Below the pieces are notes generated by a model. It was not told where the DNA came from. It saw nothing but the letters and a program-made list of their open reading frames with translations, and searched no databases. Positions 41,318 through 52,303 of a stretch of DNA of 64,000 bases are shown piece by piece. The position numbers were made by a program, and so were the translations under genes. Source of the stretch: Pseudogymnoascus verrucosus (lineage: Eukaryota); assembly GCA_001662655.1 (NCBI GenBank), contig KV460272.1. The stretch is one strand, 5' to 3'. Every line of letters begins with the position of its first letter. Positions within the stretch are counted from its first letter, which is position 1.

Positions 41318-43359
41318 TTATGAATGAACCGTGATGTTGACGACATTTTCACCCACGCTCCGCGGATAGAATTCCAGCATCAAGCTGACTGGTTGCCCCG
41401 CAGCGATAATCTGCTGCCCTCCAGAATCATAGATAATAAAATTAGAGGAATCAAAGCCATAGTTCCCCTGGGTCCAGCGTCCCTGTTGCAATGGTCCTGA
41501 TGAGGTTGTCCAAGCGTTTGTAAGATAAGTACCGTCTGCCAACACGGCTCGTACTGTGGCTCCCTTTGCAAGCCCCGCGTATGAAATCGGAATTTCCATG
41601 TCCGTAGCTTGGGCAGTATACGAGGTAGCACCGATTGTTGGCGTACCATATTGGACGATTTGCAAACTCAAATCTGCGCCCTTGCTAAACTGCAACGTTA
41701 ACGTATCCTTAATTCCAGCAGTACTACTGGCGTCGTAGAAAGGTGATAGGTAAGCCATCGAGAGAGTCAGTACACCGCCAGAGGAGAAAGTGAACTGGCT
41801 AGTTGTTAAGCTGGTGCCAGCCGAATTTTTAATCGAAGCAAGGGTATTACCATTTAGAATGTATGATACGGACTGGTCAGTAACCGGAGCTCCAATGGCG
41901 TGAAACAAGTATGCGGAGCCGGATTGCGAAGTGGCACTTAGATCGGTAGTTGATTCTGGAAGAGAATTGACCGTATCGGCAGCTGCGTTTATAAGAATAT
42001 CAATTACGGTTTCGTCATACCAGGTATGAGTCGAGCAATCCAGGAGGTCGGCGCTGTTATCAAAAACGAAATGCGAGAAGTCGTATTAGTTGCGGTTCGG
42101 ACAAAGAAATCAAAGCATTTCCATCGTGCTGCTGTCTCTGTGTACGCAGGTGTTGCATCCCACTCGCCAATGAAGGTCGGGATGCTTGTGAAGTTGTCAT
42201 GAAAGAGGGAGAAGTCCAAATCAAGGGCAGCTTTATCATCGTCGGAACCCCAAATCGTGGTGCCCCAATCACCGAAAAACAAATGGGTCTGCATCAATTA
42301 GCAGTTGCAAGAAAGTAGATTTGCAAGAAAGTAGATATATTTAACACTTACATGGGGAGTAGTAATGAATCTGCAAACCCCATGGCTGGTTTGGGTATTT
42401 ACTGCCTCGAGAAAAATACTGGCTGGTTAAAGCGGGAGTATTTCCCAAACCACAAAGTGAAACCACCCGCTGCGGGTTAAAACCACCAGCAATGTTGATG
42501 GCATCCAAAAAAATATCGTTCAGTGCGTTAAGCTCCACTGCCTCCGACTCAGTTGATCCGGCGGGCTCGTTGATTGATTCGAAAAGGAGCTTTGATGACT
42601 TGCATCCTAGTTTCACACCAACCTGCGTCCAAATTGACTTGAACTTCTCCTCAATGAGGGTGTGGTTTGCGCCCGAGGTTGCCAAGTTAGCCCATAACTG
42701 AGAGTCGTGGTGGACATTAATTATAGCGTAGAAGCCTCGATCAAGGACTTGGTCAACAACAGCCTCAACTCGGTCCAGCCATGTACTGTCGATAGTCCAT
42801 GGCGAGGAATCGACAGAGATGTGCCCAAACCAAGTAACGAGAACTCGTATGCTTTAAAAACCTCTCGCAAGAACGTCATCAAAGGTATCAGACGTGACGG
42901 GCGGGTTTTTCCAGGAGTCTTCATTTGTGAAGGACTCAAGACTGTTTCCAAGGTTTCACCCTGGAGTCAATGCAGCAAATGCATCGGATGCAGTGATAGG
43001 GGCAAATGATGTAGTGCATGTAGGAATGAGTGCAGTCTGGCACTGGTACCAATCTAAATACATTGGTCAGTCTTCAAGTGAAGGATGACTTGTGTTTCAT
43101 GGCTTACAATCATTCGCGAAGACACATGTCTCTCCGCTATTGCATGCTATCTTTCCAGTGTAATTCAACCCACCGCCTATTAAAAAGTTATAAACTGCTG
43201 ACATAATTGAATTGGGGAAGGAGGAGAAATATTGGATTGATCGGATGCATGGTAAAAGGAGTACGCACATTGCTCCCCAAGCCCTTTCTGGGCCATTACT
43301 CCCGGCATAGCTATGCCAACCACAGTTAAGCCTGCCCTACAGGACTTATAGAAGCTCAT
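41318..43359 (-). pseudogene. CBM1-GH5 endoglucanase with C-terminal Ig/CBM-like domains, inactivated
   Basis: Signal peptide, CBM1 (QCGGLNYTG..ACNSGETCVFANDYWYQC), PG*NLGN (TGA 42956-58), GF*SIRV (TAA 42854-56), INVHHDS, FESINEP, QIHYY, FIGEW. Frameshift near 42085. Confidence 0.9.
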
Positions 43360-43877
43360 GTTTGTGCTTGGCCTAAAAGGCGCTGTGGAAACTTTGAAAG
43401 CCAGATAACACTAAAAATATTAAGTGCTTGCAAAAACATGGCCTTTCTTATAGTTAATTTTGAGAATTGTGGTTTTGTATAGTCTAGATGAAACCTACGT
43501 GGAATCAGACATCTCGGAAACAAAACTTGCTATCCGTCTCTTCTCTACTTTCCAATCACTCTAGATGAATTGATTTCTCTATCAAATTACGATGCTCATT
43601 AAACCTACACGGAACTGGATATAGTGCTGGCCCTCTATATTAATCGATTGAAGCATCATGTGAACACTGTCGCTCTTACAACAAGTATCCCTGAGGTTAG
43701 TAGCATAGTTTGCTACGAGGTAGCCAACGTTTTACCACCATTACAATAAGTGGTCGGATGCTTCAAGAGCTAAGGCAGTGTTAGTGCTTCCCCGGACAGG
43801 TCCGGCCCCACTTCTCCTCGACCAACAAGCCCACAAACATACAGGGTATATTGCAACTTGACAGCCGCGTCCGGTGT

Positions 43878-43902
43878 TCGTACCGGAGCTGGACCGGTAC
43901 GA
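43878..43902. promoter_or_regulatory. Perfect palindrome TCGTACCGG-N7-CCGGTACGA in GH5/GH3 divergent promoter
   Basis: tcgtaccgg agctgga ccggtacga. A near-identical copy lies at 49173-49197. Confidence 0.7.
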
Positions 43903-44451
43903 GGGAGAGCACAGACCTAGGTCGTCAAGATATAGTTTACAAGCCATGTTAATATGAATTACGCCGAGATCGCTTTATGATATTCCGTGCCGGATTCTAA
44001 ATTAGACATAGCTTCAGCATATCCTGTCAAAAGCCAAGATAATCCCAGGGAGAAACTTCCAGCCACTGAATTTAGAAAATGGAACTTCTTTTAACCCCGC
44101 ATTGTTTGGACGATGGAACTCCACAACTTGCCCGGAGCTCATCTTAATTCATATGCTCTGCCTCGACCCGGTCATTACCCCATAGATACCCCGCATCCGA
44201 ATGAAGGCCATGAATTAGGCAATCTTGTGTTCAACCTCATTTTTACTCTTAGCTCTCACTTACCCCTCTCTAGGCACAGTTGGCAGCTCATTACCTTTAT
44301 CCCGACATTCACGAGGTACAATGTCACCGGAGAGGAACCTACGATCTTGGGACACCTGTATATAATTGCCTGTCCGCTCGAATCAAATGAATTTCCACAT
44401 CATAGGATTGCACCCTTTCAAGGTCTCACTGGAGCATTTGTTTCCCCTAAG

Positions 44452-46846
44452 ATGCTTTTTCAGTTCTTTCCATCATGCCGTCAGTTGGTGACCGGAGCAG
44501 CTCTTGCGTCGCTAATGGGCACCGGGCATACAGCAGCCTCACCCGCCCAGAACGAACCCAGAACAAATGCCATCTATCAAGACGCGTCAAAGCCAGTAAA
44601 AGCTCGTGTCGCCGACCTTTTATCACGTATGACCTTTCTTGAGCAGCTCGCACAAACTCGCAATGTCGGGGGCATTCTCGGAGAAAATGCGTCGTTCGAC
44701 AACACAACTGTTTATTCATTTAATAACGGGCAAGGAGGCGGGTCAATATGTAAGTTGCAATTTTATTTACATAATCTTAGAACTCTCTGCTAACAAAAAA
44801 AAAATAGCTTTCGGCAACTATCAGAACCCAGCTTATCTCGCAGCAGCAACACTTGAGGATGTGGTTCTTCAATTTCAGAAGAATGACAGACTTCACGTTC
44901 CTCTAATTAATGTAGCGGATAGTGTTAATGGTGTGACTCTTCTCAACACCACACTGTTTCCGGCTACATTGAGCATGGGCCAGTCATGGAACATCGATCT
45001 CTATGGAAAAGTCGTTCAAGCTATGTCCATTGAAAACCATGCTGTCGGAATTCACTGGGTCTTGAGTCCTGAGTTGGATCTGGCTGTTGAGCCACGATAT
45101 GGACGAGTTGGCGAAATGTACGGCGAAGATAGATACCACGTGTCACGCTTCGGGGTTGCATACGTCAAAAATATGCAAGATACGGATTCGAAGGGATTCT
45201 CACGAGTCGCTACGACTGTTAAACACTGGGTTTATGGATCATCTCTCGGTGGTATCAATGAGGCCAGGATTCTCGGTGGGATTAACGACTTCTACAACGT
45301 GCACTCTTACCCATATATGGCAGTATTTGAGGAGGCGAACCCAATGGCTCTCATGCCATCCTATTCATCCTACGACAATGTACCAATGACTACCAACATT
45401 CAATACACAAAGAACGTTATTCGAGATCTGCTCAAATTTGATGGAGTTATCATCTCCGACTACGCTGCAATCTCACAAGTTCTTAGCACACAGCATACTG
45501 CGAATAACATCCAAGCGGCTGGATTGAAGGCGCTCGCAGCCACAGTTGATCACGAACTTGGCCCACCAAATCAATCTGGCATGGAAGCTCTTTCAATACT
45601 TTCTAAAAATCCAACTGTTGCAAAAGCAGTACGCGAAGCGGCTCGAAGGGTCTTGACTTTGAAATTTCTCACCAAAACCTTCGACGAACCTATCCCAGAT
45701 TTGAAGAAGCTGAACAGCTCTCTACGAACTGCAGATGCCATGCAGAGAAATTTGGATATTACCCGCGAGTCTATGGTGCTTCTCAAAAACGACGGCATCT
45801 TACCTTTGAAAAGCTCTCTTCTTTTAAAGGTCGCCGTCATTGGTCCCATGGCCGACATCATCAACCCTGGTTCTTACGCGGCAAGTGACTACTCCACAGG
45901 TTCAACAATACTGAGTGGAATAAAGAAGATATCGTCCGACGTTACCTTCTCACGGGGTTGCTTCCGCAATAATGACACCGATTTTGATACTATGAAGGCT
46001 GAGGCTGTTGCAAACGCTAGGAATGCGGGCCTCGCTGTCGTTGCCCTCGGATCCGTGGCACAAATAGTCGACACAAACGCAAACGACCGCACTGACGGTG
46101 AAGGTTTTGATCATGCGAACTTGGACTTCCCTGGTCCACAAAACGAGCTCCTCAAGGCTATTGTCGAGACTGGCACCCCAGTCGTGCTCATAGTCAGTGG
46201 TGGCCAAGCCTTTTCTATGGAATATGCTGCAAATGCGACGAATGCAATCATCCATACTTTCCTCCAAGGCGAACTAGGCGGAGACGTCTTGGCTGAAATT
46301 ATTACTGGGAAAACGAACCCCAGTGGAAAACTCACAGTCTCCATCCCCCGCCTTTCATCTGCAGTGCCCATCTACTACAACTATATCAACAGTGACCGGA
46401 AACAGGTCGGCTGGCAGCAGGTATACACCGACTACCAGTCACCTGTACTTGATCGCCTTGCACTATATCCCTTTGGACACGGTCTCAGCTATACCAAGTT
46501 TGATATCTCAGGCGTCACTGTGACAAATAACACGTCAACTCATGGTCAAATCACTGTCAAGGCAATCGTCAAAAACACTGGCTCGGTGCAGGGAAAAGAA
46601 GTCGTACAGGTATACTTCAACCAATTCGCGCCAGACATCGAGAGACCTGTTAAAAATCTTATCCGGTTTACAAAGATTGATCTCAAACCCGGGGCCTCTA
46701 CTACCGTCAGCTTCAGCATTCCAGTTAGCGAGTTGGGCTACTTCGTTAATGGAGTTAAGCAAGTGGATGCCGATCAGTACACTATTTTTGTGGGATCTAG
46801 CTCGGATGAAGCCGATTTAACTGCAACTAAAATAGTAGTTAAATAA
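44452..46846 (+). CDS. Secreted GH3 beta-glycosidase (beta-glucosidase/xylosidase, BglX-like; intron ~44750-44808)
   Basis: Signal peptide, TLFP, SPELDL..EPRYGRVGEMYGED, TVKHW, nucleophile IISDY, ESMVLLKND, DGEGFD, PSGKL, YPFGHGLSYT, C-terminal Fn3-like domain. Confidence 0.93.
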
Positions 46847-47182
46847 ATAAAAGCCGCGAAAGGAGTGGACGTGTGTGTTTGGCTTTTACTGCAACTATGG
46901 TAGTAGTACATAATTACAAACCTCAAAAAGTATTTCAAATATTAAATATCTCCTCGAACATGTCTCTAACCAAAATGTGACTAAAATTATGCCACTTTAT
47001 AAATTTGATTGAAATATAAATATAAATATTGTTTTTCGTGCCTTTTGTAGCCTAATACATGATATTTTTCAACACAAACTCCATGCAAACTCCATCTACT
47101 AGAGTGGTACAACTAAAAACAAATCGCGAGTTTGATAGGTTTATACGGTGAATTGCGTCTAAGAGTCTAAATTCTAAGTTTG

Positions 47183-48799
47183 TTAGATGATATGATCCTT
47201 TAGGACCACCCTTAGTAAATAGCTCGGTGTGCAACTCCAAGCATGACAATAACTATTGTTGTGGCAATCCCCGTACGGACTGCTTCTTGGATCTTCACTA
47301 TCAAAGAATTCCCAGAATGTGTCCGCACCTGCTCTAGCCATTCCTCCCCAGTATTCACGCATCAACTTCAAGCAGTCTTCTTGACCACCACAACGAGCAA
47401 GACCTTCAGCGACGTGGTGGTATGCGTAAGGAGTGAGGGGTTTGACAGCTTCTGGGTTCGCCATGGCGGCCTTGATTGCAGTAAGGCAAGTTTCAGCATC
47501 AGCGACTCCGGCGAGGGCGAGCCATGCTTGACTTATCCACGAAATTTGGCGATCAGGGCCACTGACAAAGACCCCAAGAGATGGATCATAGAATGACATT
47601 GCAGCCGCTGTCATTTTCTCTACAATATCCAAAAATGGCGGAGGTTTTGAGACAAGTAAAGCCAATTTGTTGACTTCCTTGCAACAGAAAAGCACGACGC
47701 CATGCATGCCAGCTGCGGTATCTAATCCCTTGGACCAATCCAGAAATTTCCACGCCTTAGTTGCGTCAGGATTGAATTTTCCGGCCTTATCTAGATGCAA
47801 TAATGCCATCTGCATACTGCTTATAACAGTGGGCCAGAGCTCAATTGCGGTTTGCACATCCCCAGACGCAACTGTATATTCGTAAACAGTTGGGCCAAAT
47901 AGTGCGTCATAGTCCACAATGTAATCCGAGGCCGCAGAAAGCTTTGGTTTCTCGAAAACGCAAGCAGGAATACTGCCATCCTCACGAGGAAGCGCTGCGA
48001 ACATGTATAAACAGCGCTTGACCAAGCTGTAATCCTTGAACGTACAGTAATTGGTCAAAGCCTGAAGCCGTAAATCACCCATCCATAATCTTCGATCTCG
48101 TCGTGGTCCATCTTCGAACACTGTCTGCATGCAATTCCGAAGGGTTTCTTGGCTGATTCGATCAATGGAAACAAGTTCTTTATCGCTGGTTTTCAAGATA
48201 TCGACACCTGACATCGTGGGAGGCGACACGGCGCTCACGGCTCGTATTTTGATGTCTGAAAAACGGATCTTGTATTTTTGAGAAGTGTCAATGATTTCGA
48301 TTTTGACATAGCGAAATGCGTATCTTCGTGGCATTTCGACATCTGTTGGGAGCCAGTCCACGTTTATGACTTCGTCCGGGAGCCAGCTCGTGCTGATCCA
48401 AGTGTTGCATGGGTGAAGATTATCGGTAACATCATACGGTATTTCGCCGAACGTGATCCGTAATCGAGCAGGCGCATCGATATTGACACCATCCACACTC
48501 AAATGAAAAGAAAGGTAGCCAACCCGGTGAGAACCGAAGTCTAAAATAAACTGGTCTCCTCGTCCATAGGAAATCGAGGAGAGCTGCTCGATGGTGTATT
48601 TTGGAAGCCCTTTGCACTTAAAGAATTCTTCTGGATCTGGCTGGAACTCAACGACAGAAAGAGGGCGATCTATCCATTCGTGCAGTATCGGCGTCAATTC
48701 CTCTGCGATTCGGGCGAAGCCATGATTGAAAATTGTCTTCGGCACCACCTCGACCTTCTGGTTTTCTGGAACCTCCAGAACTTCACAGATTGACCCCAT
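47183..48799 (-). CDS. Short-type GH78 alpha-L-rhamnosidase-like (alpha/alpha)6 glycosidase, intronless, no signal peptide
   Basis: LDFGSHRVG, RRYAFRY, VFEDGPRRDRRLWMGDLRLQA, FLDW, YWGGM...GADTFWE, NSYCHAWSCTP. Confidence 0.88.
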   Translation of the reverse strand: MGSICEVLEVPENQKVEVVPKTIFNHGFARIAEELTPILHEWIDRPLSVVEFQPDPEEFFKCKGLPKYTIEQLSSISYGRGDQFILDFGSHRVGYLSFHLSVDGVNIDAPARLRITFGEIPYDVTDNLHPCNTWISTSWLPDEVINVDWLPTDVEMPRRYAFRYVKIEIIDTSQKYKIRFSDIKIRAVSAVSPPTMSGVDILKTSDKELVSIDRISQETLRNCMQTVFEDGPRRDRRLWMGDLRLQALTNYCTFKDYSLVKRCLYMFAALPREDGSIPACVFEKPKLSAASDYIVDYDALFGPTVYEYTVASGDVQTAIELWPTVISSMQMALLHLDKAGKFNPDATKAWKFLDWSKGLDTAAGMHGVVLFCCKEVNKLALLVSKPPPFLDIVEKMTAAAMSFYDPSLGVFVSGPDRQISWISQAWLALAGVADAETCLTAIKAAMANPEAVKPLTPYAYHHVAEGLARCGGQEDCLKLMREYWGGMARAGADTFWEFFDSEDPRSSPYGDCHNNSYCHAWSCTPSYLLRVVLKDHII

Positions 48800-48998
48800 C
48801 GGAAAATGCAAGCTGGGATTTGAAGTGCTTGGGTCTAAAATCCAACATGAAAATAACACTGAAAAATATGTATTAATGACTAGACTTGTCGTTCTGCAAT
48901 AAAATGCCAGCCAAATTAGATGTTGGGGAGAGTGTTCATTTCCCCATGAAAAATCGAGGCTCTATCAGGCGATAAATGGTCTTCTGCATGAATAAGGA

Positions 48999-49454
48999 GT
49001 GGGGAAGCCGCTTTCCCGGGGGGAAGAATTGGAGAACAGAAACATGCCTGACCATCTTTCTCGGAAATCACTATCACGAAAGAACACAAGCATTAGAGTG
49101 ACTGAATGTGGACTGAGCAAGATTCCGGAGTTCCCACGGTCCAGGCCTATCCTATTCTAGCCTAGCTCCTGCTCGTACCGGCGTCGCCCCGGAACGAGGA
49201 GAATTGTGTGGGGTACAGGGTCAGTGCTGGGGTACGCAGGAGCCGCATTTCCCCGCCAAGGCGTATATTGTGGCAAATGAACTATCCCGTTTCGGTTCAA
49301 CATGCCCTAACTCGTGATATTATGCCGCGGGTTCGGCTTGAGACACGACGAGATTTTACACGGCTGGCTCGCTCCTGGACGTCCATTGTTAGCTTCATTA
49401 CATTCGGCTCTGTCGAATAGAACCCGGGGACTCTGGGGTCTGCGGGGTGCGGGG
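48999..49454. promoter_or_regulatory. Cluster of CreA/Cre1 (SYGGRG) carbon-catabolite-repression sites
   Basis: GTGGGG 48999 and 49208; CTGGGG 49227 and 49433; CCCCGC 49251; GCGGGG 49442 and 49449. Confidence 0.55.
49173..49197. promoter_or_regulatory. Palindrome TCGTACCGG-N7-CCGGAACGA in GH78/MFS divergent promoter
   Basis: tcgtaccgg cgtcgcc ccggaacga. 17 of 18 arm positions are identical to 43878-43902. Confidence 0.7.
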
Positions 49455-49694
49455 TGTACAAGGGGCTCCATTGCTCATGGTTGTGGGCAATAATTCTTTG
49501 GTTTCCATGTGGCTTCTCACCGGCAGATCTGCTTGTAGTTATAACCCACGGTTCCTCCCCATCCATTGAGGACACCAAGCGCTTGCTCTCTTTACCTTCG
49601 ACAGCCAACTTCTCCCTTTCTATTTCGAAGGCAAAGGCAAAGGCATCAAACTTTACGTCGTCGAAATTGTCACTTCCGTGGCTGAACCGCCGCC

Positions 49695-51473
49695 ATGGGG
49701 AAAGCCGTAACCATCGGATCCGGTATCTTCTTGTCCATTGGAGGTAAGCAGGCTTTTACTGTCCAAAGACGTGCAATATGCACAAGTACATGTGAATGAA
49801 GCACAGGTGCTAATTAATTCTACTAGGCTTCTTGTTTGGTTATGACAGTGGTGTGATAACTTCGACTATTGGCCAAGAGACGTTCATTGAGTACTTTGGC
49901 AACCCAAATGCCTCCGAAACAGGTGGCATTGTATCATCTTTCACCGGAGGGGCTATCATCGGTGCATTATCGGTGTCATGGCTTGCAGATAGTCTAGGCC
50001 GCAAGAAGTCCGTCTTCATCGGAGGAGTCATTTCATCTTTCGGCTGTGCGCTACAAGCCGGTGCCGCCACCATTGGTATGCTGATTGCTGGCCGTTTCAT
50101 TGCTGGAATCGCCGTTGGTCTTCTATCCGCTATTGTGCCTATGTACTGCGTAAGTTGCACATTCTGGCCAGGCGCTATCCTATCGCAGTTAAACTGACTA
50201 TTGTTTAATAGTCCGAAATTGCTGAGGCCTCCTATCGTGGGGCCCTTAGCGGCTTACTCCAATTTATGTTGTCCTGGGGCTTCTTCGCTGCCCAATGGAT
50301 TGGATATGGTTGTAACTACAGTAGTACTGCGTTCCAATGTAGGGCCTCTGTTCAAACCACCCAATGGCATAGCTGACGCAGTCAATAGGGCGCTTCCCTC
50401 TAGCATTCCAAGTTGTTCCAGGCCTTGCACTTGCGGGTGGAATATGGTTCCTTCAGGAGAGCCCAAGATGGCTTATGGAGAAAGATCGCCATGATGAGGC
50501 CCGAGAGGCACTTCGTCTCCTCCATGGAAACGGCCACAACGAAGAATATCTTGAGCTCGAATACCGCGAAATCCATGACACAATTGTTGCCGAGAAACAA
50601 GTTTCCGTGCGTTCCTGGGCTGGAATGGTTTCGAAGCCCGCCTGGAGGCGCCGCCTTGCTTTGGGAATGGGAATCCAGGCATTCGGACAGCTTTCCGGTA
50701 TCAATGTTGTCAACTATTATGGCGTCCCAATCTATAAGCTTCTCGGCATCGACACCCGTACATCGCTTATGATCATTGGTATCTCTGGGTCTCTTTCCAT
50801 CGTTTACTGTGCCCTTGGTCTGTACTTCTTGGAGCGTGTCGGCCGCATAAAGCCGATGATTTTCTCCGCTATTGGCTGTGCACTCACGCTGCTTGTTAAT
50901 GCCATCCTCAGCCAATACTACGTCACCAGTGCAAACACCGAAAGCGCCAATGGAAATGCACTGCGGGCAATGGTTGCCATGAACCTTGTCTTCAGTTTCT
51001 TCTTCACCTTCACCGGAATCATAACTTGGGTGTACCCAGCAGAAATCTTCCCGGTTGAGATTCGCGCTCGCGGCAACTCGCTTTCGACACTTATGAACTG
51101 GTGTCTCGGGTTGCTCATTGGCCAGATCTCACCCTTGGCGCTTGATGCTGTCGGATTCCGCTACTTTTATGCCTTCTTCGTCTTTAACCTATGCGCTGCC
51201 ATTTGCTATATCTTTTTATTCCCTGAGTAAGTCATCCTCTTTCACATATTATATTACCATTATCATTGCATACAAATTACTAACATCTGGCTTTCTCACA
51301 GGACGAAGGGTAAAACACTTGAGCAAATGGATACCATATTTGGTGACCAGCTCGTCCCACACGCGCTGGAAGGCCCAGAGGCGGCCGATGCAGCCCTGAA
51401 AATCTTTCAGGAGAAGCATGCTGCTACCGCCGAACAAGAGGAGCACGCCGATGAAACTGAGCCAAAGGCTTAA
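49695..51473 (+). CDS. MFS sugar porter (4 introns)
   Basis: GGFLFGYDSGVI, DSLGRK, VPMYC/SE, QESPRWL, GQLSGINVVNYY, WVYPAEIFP..IRARG, FPE/TKGKTLEQMD. Confidence 0.92.
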
Positions 51474-51868
51474 TTGTGCAACGAATCGCCTTTGGGAATT
51501 CAGCACGGACTTGCAGCACTAGTTGATGAGTATCTTTGGGGACTACGTTGAGTAACCTCGTTTTGTTGCTCGCGGCAATTAGAGATCGGTAATTTATATC
51601 TTTGTCATTTGCTGGACTTTGTCATAACGTACAGCTTGTAATGGAAGCTTTTCACTACGTAGTTTTGTTGTCGACGTGAATTCGCGACTTCGCGACTCTT
51701 GTTGTGCCGGTCAATTTTAGTCTAGTGTTAGTGTCAGTATTATTTCGGTATGACGGTAATTCTTTACTCCCTCCATTCCTGCCAGGGGAATCTTTTCAGG
51801 GACCTGAGTTACACAAACGGGAAAATGATCCCTCGCCTCATTCCGTTCCTTGAAGCTTCTAACCTTAA

Positions 51869-51985
51869 ATATGGCAAGAACAATTACCAAGCAAACTCAG
51901 TCGCAGCCTCCTCAGAACTTTCAATCCCTATATGGAAAGAACGATTACCAAGCAGACCCAGTCGCAGCTTCCTCGGAACTTTCAA
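51869..51985. repeat. Imperfect direct repeat, two ~56-bp copies, period 61
   Basis: atatggcaagaacaattaccaagcaaactcagtcgcagcctcctcagaactttcaa versus atatggaaagaacgattaccaagcagacccagtcgcagcttcctcggaactttcaa. Confidence 0.8.
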
Positions 51986-52303
51986 GCCACCGATCCTTCT
52001 CATCGCCGGTGCTTCTCGTCACCTAGCCTCTAAGGCCGATCGTGTAATAGGACGATAGAAGTCCCTTCCTAGGCTTGTAGCGATTGCAATTGTTTAATCC
52101 GGGTAACTTACTCGCCCACTAATCACACCCACTTAATTCTGGAAGAGTTTTATTTTACGCCCGCTACCATATTCGGCACTATCATTCAGAGTGAGCTAAG
52201 TTTTGTATATAGGAGAGTAGATATGATGCCTGGTCCTCTCGAGCTTGTATGAAGCAATTATATTCGCCTTTCACGCTATATCTCACTTCAGTCGTTACAT
52301 ATT

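Noticed and set aside
43400..43960. Intron-like signals and Cys codons suggesting a tiny gene remnant between GH5 and GH3
   Set aside because: No open spliced model could be built; the region is better explained as a promoter.
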